Shown here in pieces: positions 24,501 to 36,479 of a stretch of 64,000 nt of DNA. The position numbers and the translations under genes were made by a program. The notes under the pieces are model-generated. The model searched no databases and was not told the DNA's origin. It saw nothing but the letters and a program-made list of their open reading frames with translations. Within the stretch, counting starts at the first letter, position 1; each line of letters starts with the position of its first letter. Origin of the DNA: Botryllus schlosseri. Taxonomy: Eukaryota. The DNA lies in contig CM119372.1 in the NCBI GenBank assembly GCA_051294905.1, forward strand, positions 39,000,001-39,064,000, read 5' to 3'.

Positions 24501-25196
24501 GAATGTTGTTTCTAGCAAACAGTAATTGTACCAGCAATGATAATGTCACATATCCGCTGTCCTAATATGATAGAGCACTTGCTGACTTTTAAACCACTGT
24601 ATCGAAGGTAGAAAACTGTAAAATTAGAATTAAAATACCTGAATTCGCAAATTCTTGGACAATAAATTGAATTTCTAATTAGTACGTAATACAACAAAAT
24701 TCAAGTTCACTTCATGTCACATCAGAGCTAATTTTCAGAAGCATGAGGATTTCAAATGTGTGTACATCGAGCCTAGCTCGTTTCGCACAATACGTATCTC
24801 AAGCCGCATTTTCAGGAAGAACAGAAATTAGTTTGTTTTGAGATATTCATGGTGTTTGTCAACTGCTATGGTCATCACACCAGACCAATTACTTCATTTT
24901 TATTTCGTAACTGCCGACATGTAGCACGGCCCACTTCCAGGCTTTTATAAGACACCGCTTACACGTATGATACGGCGAGGAGGAGCCTATTTGGCAATGA
25001 GTGAACCGGAAAGATAGGGATATTAGCCGCTCTCCATAACAATAACTAATCAATCCACGCTTCTATCTCACAGATCGACATGATTGACATCAAAGTCGCG
25101 TTTTGGAATGAGTTTGAAATGACTCTGGACAACTTTGTGAAGACCAATTCGAAGCATAACTTTCGAAGATCTCTCCAGTCACTGATTAAAACGTAG
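18404..25196 (+). CDS. Annexin-like protein 1, 314 aa, divergent; join(18404..18509,19423..19517,20477..20614,20747..20899,23614..23754,24285..24473,25074..25196)
   Basis: GT-AG spliced, in-frame 945-nt ORF: YRGTV..FDPESDA..VIE..SRS..QR.EI..Y..G..LVSDLKK..P..LDARNIHD..LVEVL..YYAEKM..LIVSRCEIDMIDIK..F. Four annexin repeats; exon phases match the paralogue. Start codon and the 23614 acceptor are less certain. Confidence 0.85.
18576..18919 (+). mobile_element. tRNA-derived SINE family B, full length, in annexin-1 intron
   Basis: A box TAGCGTAATGG, B box GGTTCGATTCCC, central GGGTCAGACCAAAGAC..TGGTA..GCTTCCCTGCTTGGCGCTCA, (CCT)n tail. Confidence 0.85.
19423..19517 (+). CDS. Annexin-1 exon 2 (NDIDDVIELSSSRSMPQRMEIACIYESVNGT)
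   Basis: CAG acceptor, GTAAGT donor; 95 nt, same length as paralogue exon 48979-49073. Confidence 0.85.
20477..20614 (+). CDS. Annexin-1 exon 3 (KLVSDLKKRIT..PEMLDARNIHDILRDRRRQIE)
   Basis: TAG/GTAATA splice sites; repeat 1-2 junction. Confidence 0.85.
20747..20899 (+). CDS. Annexin-1 exon 4 (LVEVLKTKS..YEDKYQITLENAI..)
   Basis: CAG/GTAAGA splice sites; repeat 2. Confidence 0.85.
21187..22650. mobile_element. hAT MITE (TCGCGGACCCC family) with nested hAT fragment
   Basis: TIR CAGTGGTTCTCAACC / GGTTGAGAACCGCTG; perfect 8-bp TSD TGATAGAT. Nested insert (~21644-22020) has a degenerate FGSTY..EQTFSTM dimerisation motif. Confidence 0.85.
23614..23754 (+). CDS. Annexin-1 exon 5 (SSNSSVAESVIDLHDGMKRE..VFSRCSLEELKTVSDEYSE)
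   Basis: First AG after a ~110-nt AG-free tract gives the required phase 0; donor GTCTGT; repeat 3. Confidence 0.7.
24285..24473 (+). CDS. Annexin-1 exon 6 (KWGTTIESEI..FEG..YYAEKM..LIVSRCE)
   Basis: CAG/GTAAGA splice sites; 189 nt, same length as paralogue exon 60681-60869. Confidence 0.9.
25074..25196 (+). CDS. Annexin-1 last exon (IDMIDIKVAFWNEFEMTLDNFVKTNSKHNFRRSLQSLIKT*)
   Basis: CAG acceptor; end of repeat 4; TAG stop. Confidence 0.85.
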   Translation: MDMIDIKVAFWNEFEMTLDNFVKTNSKHNFRRSLQSLIKT

Positions 25197-25911
25197 ACTG
25201 CAAGAATTTTCGTTTCCTACTGACACGCTCTTATGTATAAATGCAATTCAACTCAGCCCGAGTCGCTGTGCGGACGATGTAATTGCTGCTTAACTATAAT
25301 TTTGTAAAGTTGATTGGTTCAAAATGATGATTGGTGCTGCTGTATTTTCCGACGCAATTTCGATGTTTATATTACACCAATTATTTTACAAATACAGATG
25401 TAGATAAAAACGACTACGTTTTGCATGATGCGTTTCACAAATCAATGCATAACACCGGCGTGCACCTGTATAACATGGTTGACACGTTAGCACCTATGTA
25501 TTCGTAGAGTAAAACGGTGGTTCTCAGCATCAATTATCGGCCACGTTTTACTCATTTTCAGGGGATCCACGAAGCCTCTACATCTGCAAAATGGTTAATA
25601 ACCAACATTGTATCTCTTTAAATTAGGGCAATCACGAGGCAGTTTCACTTCATCGCTGCTGAAACTTCAGGACTTCACATCAACAGGCTGGACGTTTTGT
25701 TCGGGTTTGGGGTAAAATATAAAACTCGCAGTCGTGCAGGTCAATCAGGGCGACTTCGAAATGTTTGCAAAACCCATTTTCCCTGTGATATACATAACCA
25801 ATATTCCGGAATAACTTACAAAGATAAGCTGCATGATAGAAACGACTAGGCTGGACGTTGAATGTTCATTAAAAATATTTTTCTCAATTTTGGTGCCATT
25901 TATGTTGCGAC

Positions 25912-26702
25912 CAGAGTTGGATCAATTACATTAATTCTGTTCAATTACAATTACAATTACAATTACTCCCTTGCATGTTCAAATTACATTACAATTACTC
26001 AATGCTAAAAATATCAAATTACAATTACAATTACAATTACTGTTAAACATTTTAATAATTACAATTACAATTACTGTTAAACGTGTTATTGGTTTGGTAG
26101 AGAGGTGTTCATTGACAATCGTAGCGACGTAATTAGCAACAATCTCAAGCTATTCATGTTTCATTCATGATACGTAGATTACACTTTAATTAAAAAAACA
26201 CTTCAACGTATTCGAACTATTCCTAAACACGAGTACTGAAAAATAGAAACACAGAAAAAATTTTAAGCGACTATAAACAATCAAAAGTTTGAGTGACTGG
26301 CAACGACTAACAGCGAATAGGCTACAGGACAGTCAATGAAATGTAATTAAACGAATACTCAGAGCTGAGTAAGGCAAACAAAATGTAATTGGCAAGGCGT
26401 CAGCGATAAGGATGATACCTATAAGGTTTGTAAAATTAAAATAAATGCAGAAGTAAAGAAGCTCATGATAACTACGAATTACAAAATTTTGGATCGCATT
26501 TACATTTGCACTTGCTCAAAACTGTTAGATTGCATTTGATGAACATTAGGGTGCGGAAAGTTTCTGGCCCCAGTAAATTTGGCTAAGATTGGCGGTAAGA
26601 TTGGGATAACATCTCTACAACTGCGAGATCAAGTTTGATGAAGCCTCGGTTGAAAACTTGAATTTCTTTTTGCAATCGTTGCAGCAAGCATCAGTTCTGA
26701 TC
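25912..26702 (+). mobile_element. (CAATTA)n-rich DNA transposon, left part, truncated at the Penelope junction
   Basis: Starts CAGAGTTGGATCAATTAC; colinear with 51762-52160 and 7855-8175. Confidence 0.75.
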
Positions 26703-27780
26703 AGGAAGAGAAAACTCCTTGATTGCAGTCGAAATCACAATGAGGAAACGCAAGATCACAAAGTGCCGCTGGTCACTACTTATTTTCCGGTAGCGGAAAA
26801 GATCCGTAAGATTTTACGAAAACATCAGCGAACACTATAATCAACGATCCGAAATGCAATGAAGTATTCCCGAGAAGACCTATTCCAGCCATGCGGCACC
26901 ACGCAACTTGCGTAACATTTTGGTAAATAGTAGGCTACCCCGGTCAAGACGAGAAAATGGCGTGGAAAATTGCGGACAACCATCATGCAAGACGTGTGCT
27001 ATTCTCAATTACAGCACCGTGATTACAAGAGGACCCGCCCGGCACAACACCAAAGGCCATTTTACTTGTAAATCAAGTAATGCCGTATAATTGATTCGCT
27101 GTCGAAAAGGATATACGAATGCCTGGTACGTTGGAGAGACCAGTCAACCTCTCCACAAGAGAGTTAATGGTCACCGATATGATATCTCGAAAGGTAACAA
27201 ATCGAAGCCTGTCGGTGATCATTTTTCTTCCGCTGGGCACTCGGAGAGCGACATGACTATCAATGTATTGGTCGGGAACATGGAAAACTCTACTCTCCGC
27301 AAGGCTACCGAACAGAAATATATTGACAAATTTGATACTTTCCGACAAGGGTTGAATATAGATAGATGATGTATGTCTCACTTCACCATGAATGCTTGAC
27401 TTGACACATTTTGTGCATCTGAATTAGCATATAAACACCTTATCCAATCCGATTTTAGGAACACAACTCACTATTTGCATTTCAAATCCAGACTTGCTAT
27501 TTGTGTCTATGACGTCATGAAGTACGCGACTCCGGAATCTAGAATTTCTCATTCTCTATGATGCCATAATATGCATATGTTCAAATTGAAAATATTTTTG
27601 CGTTGCTCTTTTTGCGTTACTTTCGCTTTGACACCTGATGAAGGAGCGGCGCTCCGAAAGCTAGTGTAACTAATAAAGTTAATTCATTCGGAAGTGGACG
27701 TTAAATAGAGTGTGAGAGCTACCAAGGTCTTTCGTTTATATATATCGTCTGCTATCGGCACAACAAAGATATTTTGAAGG
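26703..27780 (+). mobile_element. Penelope-like retroelement 3' portion (RT thumb/linker + GIY-YIG endonuclease pseudogene + terminal repeat region)
   Basis: VPLVTTY..IRKILRKH..LRNILV..C..CKTC..FTCKSSNAV*LIRC..YVGETSQPLHKRVNGHR..V..HF..H..EQKYI..GLN. In-frame stops at 26838 and 27088. 3' boundary approximate. Confidence 0.9.
27631..27667 (+). ncRNA. Minimal type I hammerhead ribozyme motif
   Basis: ACAC-CTGATGA-A-GGAGC(GGC)GCTCC-GAAA-GCTA-GTGT: catalytic core CUGAUGA/GAAA, 5-bp stem II, stem I ACAC/GTGT, palindromic AGCT in place of stem III. Lies at the 3' end of a Penelope element, with AATAAA at 27672. Confidence 0.8.
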
Positions 27781-30667
27781 AAAGACATTTTGCTACTGTT
27801 TATCACTAGCCTACAGTTGATATTAATTGATGGTACTTGATATTAATTAATAAGCTGCGATTAAATGAAAATTATTTTCGCGATCCGCGCGATTGACCTC
27901 CAATTCCGCGTTATTGTTTTGTGTATAATCCGAATTTCATATTTGAGAGCTCTATCATCAAAAGTCATAACCTTCCATGCCATCAAACTATTCGTTGGGA
28001 TTGCTAGAATTCTGGTTGTTATAAGCGGGGGGGGGGCGGAATTTTTCATTATCACAAAGGGGGCGTGTCTAAAAAAGTTTGAGAATCTCTGGTATAGTGG
28101 TTTTACAGCTGCAACACCAATAGGTTGTGGGTGCGAGTACGGCCGAGGTCGACTCTAGAATCCCTTCCCAAATGTTGCTGGTTTATTTATGGGCTCATGA
28201 CCTAGGCGCCTTCCGATCTTCGCGTCACTGTATCAATTCTGTGAAACGTTGCCGAACTTGAACCCTTACAATGCCTATTGCCCCTTATAGGCATATGGTG
28301 TGAGTGACGATAATGCACATATGTACTGTACTGTACGTATGTATGATGTAGGTAAATGTCATAGGAAATTCGAAATGGCGTCTTTCTATATAAGTGCGCA
28401 ATGAGCACTGAAGTGGTAGGCTATTACAGGTATTGAAAAAAGAAATAAAAGTTAGAGGTCCAGAAGTTGGAGGATGTCGCGTATCTTCTAAATCAGTGAT
28501 TCTTTTCCGGGATTCGCGTGAATCCCTGCGGTTCGCTGGGTGTCAGAACACACCCGATTCACACGGCAGAAGTGACAGTGATTGGCAATAAATATTTATT
28601 ATATTCGTTTTGTTTTGTGTGAAAATCGTGTCTCATAGTTTTGTTCCTTTGAACACTGTTGTATATGAACAATTCATTTTGAGCACGAGTATGCTATAGT
28701 AACGTATTGAGTGACTAATGCTGTATATGTTGATCTTGTGACTAATTGTGATACGCTAAAGTCTTCCAAATTAGCGTACGTGTTCGTCAAGTCACTATTC
28801 CAAATGCGTCGCTAAAAATTGCTGATCACTACTGACCACGCGCGGAAGGGATATTCTGAGACAATCGACAGATCAAGAGATTTCCCACCACCAGGCTTCT
28901 GCTTACGATGATTATGATCTCACTGCGCAAAGAATCAAGCATGTCCGTCAATTGAATCTAATTCTAAGAGGTATATACTATATATACATGGTAAATTCGT
29001 CCGAATTGGTTTGCTTCAGATCTATCATTTTGTAATGCTGATCACAGTAACGCTGACGGCTGCTGTTATATTCTTGGACGCGGTACGAATCTAATATTTG
29101 CCTGTTGTCATGGGCAGATAACATTCTAAATACAAAGCTATGTCATTATGCCATTTTTGTATGGCTTTAAAGCTTAACTCCATGTAGGATAAGCGCAGTG
29201 ATACAGTGGTTTGCTGCCATGCGTGGCACAATGTGCAGGGTATGCTCTGGAGGCGTTTTTGACATGTGAATTTATTTTACTGGGCCGGCCTGCACGTTTT
29301 AACCCGGCCCGCGACCCATGTTGAGTTTGACACCCTGACATTCGACACAATTTACCAAAAACCAAAGAATCGAACACTCATAAATAAATGAATATTTGTT
29401 TTGCGAAAATCATCCTGCTGAATGCGGTACAATACAGGCGTACTTTGAGTTACAATGAAATATCGTCAACATTTCAACAAGCCTATTTATTTAACTTCGG
29501 ACTCTTTGACAAATATTTACTCGACTTCAATAACACTGCGAGTAATACCTTCATAGCGACATCGATACGCGACATCGAGATGATTAAAATCTATTGAATA
29601 TCCTTCGAGTGGGATTAGGAAAGCGAGGGCTGGTGCGTATATTATAATCAAGCGCGATCAGGCCAAGGTGGAACACAAAGCCTAATCACAGTCTCATCCG
29701 ATTTCAAGTTAATGATGATCTAAATACGATCATTTCATCAATGCCAGGTTATTACAGGACATAGGCAAAGCGTTGAGATGGATTCAATGTTTCATATACC
29801 AGTCTTTCTATGGCTACCAAACCAAACCACGGATGATGTCAATTTGAAGCACGAAATATATATATATATATCGACTTTCAATTAAATAAAAGGGCAAAAG
29901 AAAACAGGAAACAAAAGAACATCAAGATAATCAGTTTTGGGCCCTTGGCGCCTCCAGCGTGGGCGCTAGCACGAAATAGTTCATTCTGAGTATCAGAATC
30001 TTTGATCCCGAGTCAGAGTGATCGTTCAGTTTACGTAAAATTGCTGTCATTATAGCAGTTATATGTTTTCCTGTGGTACATTTTCAAGTCCATGGCATTG
30101 CTCACTAGCCAAAAAGTGACGGGTGCAGACAAGGATTATTGACCATAATAGTTCATTTACTTTGAAGCAATTTGAACATGAATTTTTCATAAGATTAATA
30201 GTTGCGATTTTTCTGCGTAAGGCGTAGTAAATCAATCGAACTAAACAGGGAAGTCGTGTGTACGCTGTTACGTAATCCGCCTCGTTCGTGAATCTCGTAG
30301 TAGAAACTTGATTCGTTCTACGGAAGGGGTGAGTGTGGGTGGTTATGAAATGTATGTATACATGGTAACCATTAAATTGCCCGTAAAGAATGAAGGCATC
30401 TTGGAGGCGAAGTGCTCAGAAAAGATGTTTATCATCCAAGAACATTGTTATTATTAATTTATTTACTTATTATTTTGGGGGTGAAACCGTGAACTCATCA
30501 AATACGTGGCCTCCTCAAAATACTTTTACGGCTACGACACTGAATACGTCAGTTTGTGTCGATATTATGAATGATCATAATACATAGAGCCGGCTAAACT
30601 GATATAGTGATTTCAATCCTTTTTATGGCCAATATTGTGTTACGCTACTTTGAAAATCTGAAATCAC

Positions 30668-31955
30668 CAGAGGTGGTCAGTAACAAAGTACTTCACTTTT
30701 TAGAAGTACTCAAGTAGTTGTCCCCTAATTCTGATACTTACTCAAGTAGATCTGATTTTCTCTACTTCTACTTCTACTTCGTAATATTTTGTGATCTACT
30801 TACTTACTTTTCGCTATTTTCCGTTTGTCAAGTAGAAGTAGTTTAAGCCCCCTATACGAAAGATAGCCTGAGGAATTTAGGGGCTGTTTTCCCGGAGTAC
30901 CAACATTTCTTATTCATAAAGGTCAAGTAAAGCCAAAAAATTTTGTTGCGCTTCGCGTATAGTAGCCTAGTGATGGAGTGACAAGTAGGTTTTCATGAAA
31001 GTATCAGTGAATATAATTTAGGCACCGGATTGCTTGGTTCCTATCACAACCCATTGTCGCCCATATCAAATATTTCATCACAGTAAATATGGCCCACCAT
31101 AACGTTTGAAACTACCGTTTCACAATCTGGCAATTACCTATCATATCGTAATCTAGCAGCCCATGCGTGTCTTGCTACTCTGGAAAATTCAGCTTTTTTG
31201 AACGTTACACCTGTTTTAGTAGATCACCTTTGAAGCTTTATCGAAAAAAGACATGAAATATATTTTCCGCTTTTTAGAAGTGGTATTTGTATTTCACTTT
31301 CAATTGCGAGTATCATACATTGAGTTCTAATTACTTTCAGTTCTTTTGTCTGCAGAACATACATGTTGAAGAATAAAAGCGAGTGGATTATTGCCTCTAT
31401 TTTCCGAAAATAAAGCTCCACTAAATAGAACTTTTACGATCCACAAGATTTGTTATTAACGTTAGATAATCGCGCAAAGTGATGAAACCGTATCCGATAC
31501 AACTTCTACGTATTGCTCTTCGCACAAACTTGGGGCCTTGTAATATGGAGTAGGGCGCCATGCCATGATATTCTCTAAAAACGGGGTCTTCTAGTAAACA
31601 AAGGGTTAGTATCGCATTTTCATATCAATAATATAATTTGCATCCAATGATGCGAAACAATGCTATTTCTCTGTAAAATTGATACCTCCGGGATGCATCA
31701 GTACGAATCAAGCTCTCTGAACCTGCCGCGTAGCTCAATTCGCAGATTTTTACAGTCCATGCGAACGAATTAAGACTGCGTTTTCAAAACTACTTACTTA
31801 CTTGAGTAGAATAAAAGTCAGTCAATTCTACTTCTACTTCAAGTAGTTTTAGGTGGCTAATTGCAGAAGTACTTCTACTCGTACTTGAGTAGATTTTTTC
31901 GTCGCTACTTCTACTTCTACTTGAGTAGTTTTCTTGACTACTTTGACCACCTCTG
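30668..31955. mobile_element. Tol2-like hAT non-autonomous element
   Basis: TIR CAGAGGTGGTCA / TGACCACCTCTG; perfect 8-bp TSD GAAATCAC; subterminal TACTT/AAGTA clusters. Left-end fragment also at 57237. Confidence 0.85.
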
Positions 31956-32029
31956 GAAATCACCCCTTCGGATTTCAGCAATTGTCACAATATATCTAAC
32001 TGGGGTACAAGATTAATCTCGGGGCTCCA

Positions 32030-32540
32030 TTATATTCCAATTCAATTTATTGCTGGTAATTTCATCATTTCAATACACCAGAAGACTTCCATACAGTGAA
32101 AGATAGGAAGGTGTCGAAACGACTTGGAGTAGTCTTCGAAATCAGACACCCATCTGACCTAGGCGATATAAAAAGTTGGCATGCACGCCAAATGAAAAGT
32201 AAAAGAAGAAAATAGAAAAGGACCGGTGATAAAAAAGGTGAGATGTGCCAGAAGGCGAGATCGATATGTCAGGTCGTGGTCCGGTAAAATAGGGGGGTAA
32301 CTAGTATTGATTCAGTAGAAATGGTTTGTATTATGACTTTAATGTAAACATGCTCGATAACTGTCGGATATCCGGCGAGATACTGTTCCACAAATCAGGT
32401 CCGTCATCTTCAAAAAGTGCATGATAAAGTAAAACTTCGAGCCAAATTTTCGCTGGTATGCATTTTAAGCGTGTGTCTTTCCAGTTCCAAGAATATATTT
32501 ACTCGTGAAGAAGCTTCAAGCTCATCCATCCTAATAAAGG
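32030..32540 (-). mobile_element. LINE 3' end (same family as 43150-43725)
   Basis: Reverse-complement similarity: GTGTCGAAACGACT.GGAGTAGTCTTCGAAATCAGACACCCA; AATAAA/ATTGA tail on the minus strand. Confidence 0.7.
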
Positions 32541-32548
32541 TCCTAAAT

Positions 32549-33379
32549 CAGTGGTTGTCAACCGGGGGTCCGCGAAGCATTTTCAAGGCGTCAGCAAAGC
32601 CTCAAAATAGTTGATGAACTAATTTGTATTTTTTCAATTCGGAAAATCACGAGGCAGTTTCGCTTTTTACTAGAAAATCTCCAGAGCTCACATCAACATT
32701 CAATGCCATCTGAGATGAAATATCAGAACCGTGAAGAATTATTTGATTGCAATACAAACATTTTGATGTTTAAAGATGTTATGTTCGACGTTGTGGAAAA
32801 AAAGTGGGATGAGTAAGGTTTTACACGGTGACATCGAAATGTTTACAAAAATCCATTGTCTCCTGTGATATAGCCTACACAACCATCTTTCCATAATAAC
32901 TTCAAGATAAGGTGCTAGATGGAAATAACCAGGCTTGACGGTATATGTTCATTGTTCATTAAAGAAATTTGTTTGTCAATTTTGGAGCCATATTTTTTGC
33001 GATCATACCCACATGTGTCGTCGGAAGCGTTACGCGTTAGTATTACATTCACCACCACATATATTTGTGGAAATTGATTTTGGGCACACGTTCATATCAA
33101 ATCGAAGGGCGGATTTTGAAGACACGACCACCTATTTCAAGAAATGCAGTTGCAGAATTCACTTTGAAATAATAGTCAACCCAATTTCTACATGAATAGT
33201 ATAAGATCTTATTTTTGGGAAAAGTCGTTTTTTGCCGTTTATCACCAAGCCTACAGTTATCATTTGCACAAGACAGCTGACGATTGCACGATAATTGAGC
33301 AACATTTGAATTAAAACTTCGTGGGGGTCCGTGATGGTCCGAAAGGGGCCCGCGAAGAGAAAAAGGTCGAGAAACACTG
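32549..33379. mobile_element. hAT MITE (same family as 21187, inverted)
   Basis: CAGTGGTTGTCAACC...AGAAACACTG; TSD TCCTAAAT/CCCTAAAT. Confidence 0.8.
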
Positions 33380-34026
33380 CCCTAAATGATATTTGAAATT
33401 GTAAAGTCATCGTTTGTTGCGCTTGTCTTTTCAAATGCGTATATTATTTGAGGGTACACGCCACACATGCAGTTAAGTCGGAAGGGTACGCAGTTATAAA
33501 AGTTTGAGGACCACAATCCTTATGTAATTTTCGGCAATACTCAGATGAGCTCTCCACAATTTGTTCCGTGCTCTGTATTGTAAATTAAAGCCTATAAATA
33601 GTACACACTCCTTCACGGTACCACCGAGAAGAAACGCACTCATAGCGTCGGTGCAGTCCCGGATAACAATTCCACGAAAACGTGTTTCCGATGCAGCGTG
33701 TTAATAGGATTTCCTACCATGAGCAATCGCCCGTTACTAAAGAATCTGACAACGCATAGGGGTTGCACACACGTTGAATCACTTTCACTATATCAACAAT
33801 ATGACGAAGCTTATTGCGCAGGTTTAACCCTAATTTCAGTTATTAATCAGAACAGTCGTTACAGTAATGGGTATTTGGGTTAGCGCTAGAGTTAGATTAT
33901 TTGTGGATTTATAAAGCCAGAAGCAAAATTGTCGCATAATCAGCCGCCGATTGTCATTATTTTGAATTCTCAAATGTCTGGCAACATCAGTAAGAAAGAG
34001 TGTATTCGAATTGCTATATCCTAATT

Positions 34027-36397
34027 AGTGTTTCTCAACCCCGAGTCCGCGGACTCAAATGAGTCCGCGGAAGGTCCTGGGTGAGTCCGCGAGCACAGGA
34101 ATTTTAAGTAACTTAATCGGCACACACGTTGACAGATTGTCAACCTGGTATTTCCTCGTGTTTTTCAATGGAAAGACGCCAGTCTCATAGTGAATTTATT
34201 ATTTTAGGTAATTTTATATCGATAAAACCTTAAGAAACGATCATGGATCCTAATTTAGGGGTCTACACGGACTTAGTTTTAGATTGAGAAATCGAAAATC
34301 CACGGAAATATCAAAATTTTCAATGTTTTCTCCCACTTCCGATATGCTTTCGGAACGTGTAATTGACAGACGTACGGGGCTCGTTCACTTTCGGACCAAA
34401 GTCATTGCAGCCTTACGGAGAAAATGGCTTTTTGGTCCGAAAGTGCATGAGCCCCGTCCTGGTCCGGCTTCGTCAAATTCCGATTTGAGAATTAGGCTGC
34501 GTGATTCGCAAAATACCTATTTTGAAATGTTAGTAACCTTAATAGCTGTCATAAAAATGCATAGATACCTCAAATATGTGACTGGCGGTACTCAACTTGA
34601 CTAGTGCTTTCAGAACTACATTCATTGCAGTGGAATTTATTACCTCGGTGGCTTTTCGGGTTTCCCTTATCAAGAATTAACGACACCATAAGAAGAAGAG
34701 AGTTTGTATACAATCTTTAAATATTCCAATAATATATACCGCTAATTGTCTGTGTAACGTCTTCTGTTTATTGTATAATTTGATTCTCTCTTACCCCTTT
34801 ATTATGACTACCGGAGTACCGGTACAGCTGACTTTGACCAGCTACCGTTCCTTTTTATTATTGCATTGCTACGTCAAATTTGGCCAATTTGGATTTCGTT
34901 TGAATCTTCTTCTATATGCTTCTTATTGTGCCGTTAACTCTTGTTGATAAGGGGCATACGAAATGCCTTCAAGTTAGTCAATTATACTGCAGTGACTATA
35001 AGTTTTGAAAGCAGTATTAGAGATACCTCAATAACCGATGTTTCGCCACGTATATTTCAACGCAAGAACAACGAAACAGCACTACAACAAATTGATCAGC
35101 ATTCCAAGCAATATTCGTTCTTATGAGATTTTCTGTGTCTTGGGAAAACCAGTTGTTTGCAAGTATCACAGGCAAAACGGGTATACTTTGCACATCTGTA
35201 GCATCTTCCTGGTTTGATACCAAACATGCCAGGTATAAACCCCTATTATCGCCAACTGGAATTATGTCGGATTGACTTGAATTTAGTACGAATGGACTCG
35301 GAATTTAATGCTGAGTACGATTCACAATTCACATACCGAATATGTCAGGTATAAACCCCTAGGACAGCTCTCCATACACACGTATCATTTTCCGAAACGC
35401 CTCACTCAGCTCTACCGGTAAATCTGATTACACGAGCAGAGACATGCTAAAAAAATTATAGCGCTATATATGCAATTCCCGATCATGTTGACCGATTCAA
35501 TCATGAAATAAAGAATATTTTCGCGCTTCGCGCGGTTCATTCGAAACAAGCCGGCTAACTAAACAGTACAAAAAATTCGCTGAGAAGTATAGCGGTAAAA
35601 AGATATCGGAAGTGGGGGGTTTGGCGGCGAAGCCCCCCAGAAGTTAGATTTATCAACCTGTGGGGGCCCAAGACCAACGTTTTTTTGGGGGGGCTGACGA
35701 AGTGCTGTTACGGTCCTGCACGTATAGGCACATTGCACACGTTTCCGGCGCGATCTACGCTGAGTATTGTTGATTGATTATTGCGACTTGTTCCCTTACA
35801 GACGTTATTTGGATATTGATAAATCGTCGGGACATGTGCTAATCACAGAAACAATCTATAGTTGTCTATTATAAGTAGAACTCGAGATATGGACTGCATT
35901 ACTGAACAGTTGCTTGAATTGCAAGCCGATAGATGTGGAAAGACATGTTTAAAAAAGCTTCCTTGACTCAATTTCGGCCAAATGTACAGTCGATGGAGGG
36001 TAGTCTTTCAGATCTTTGCTAGCAAGCTGCAACAGTTCTTTTGCTATTTCCGGCCACATTGCCTACCTGTGTGAATCTGGATTTTCAACTCTGACGGTGA
36101 ACAAAAGAAGTATAGGCTATAGCAATAGACATCAACCGGAAGATGACTTCAGATGTAGGCCTACATTGATAACCATAATTACAGAATACGATAACCTTGT
36201 CAAGCAAGATCAAGGACAAGGCTCTCACTAAGTGTGGGTTGGGTGAAAAACAGTGCTTGCCTGTTTTGTTGATACCGTATTACACTCTCTTGGATAGATA
36301 TCAAAAAACCTACTTTTCGTTAATATAAAGCTTGAGTCCGTGGATACATAGGCGAGCTTGAGAATAGTCCGCGGGTCAAAAAGGTTGAGAACCACTG
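34027..36397 (+). mobile_element. hAT (Buster/Charlie-like) deletion derivative with nested inserts
   Basis: Ends TAGTGTTTCTCAACC / GGTTGAGAACCACTG. 36016-36231 encodes AYLCESGFSTL..R..EDDFRC..QGQGSH, a hAT C-terminal dimerisation region. Confidence 0.65.
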
Positions 36398-36479
36398 AGA
36401 AGATATAAGTTAAGGATTGATCCAATATGATATCGTTTAGTTCGCGTACGTGCAATCCCTCCCTCTCCCGCTGTCAATA

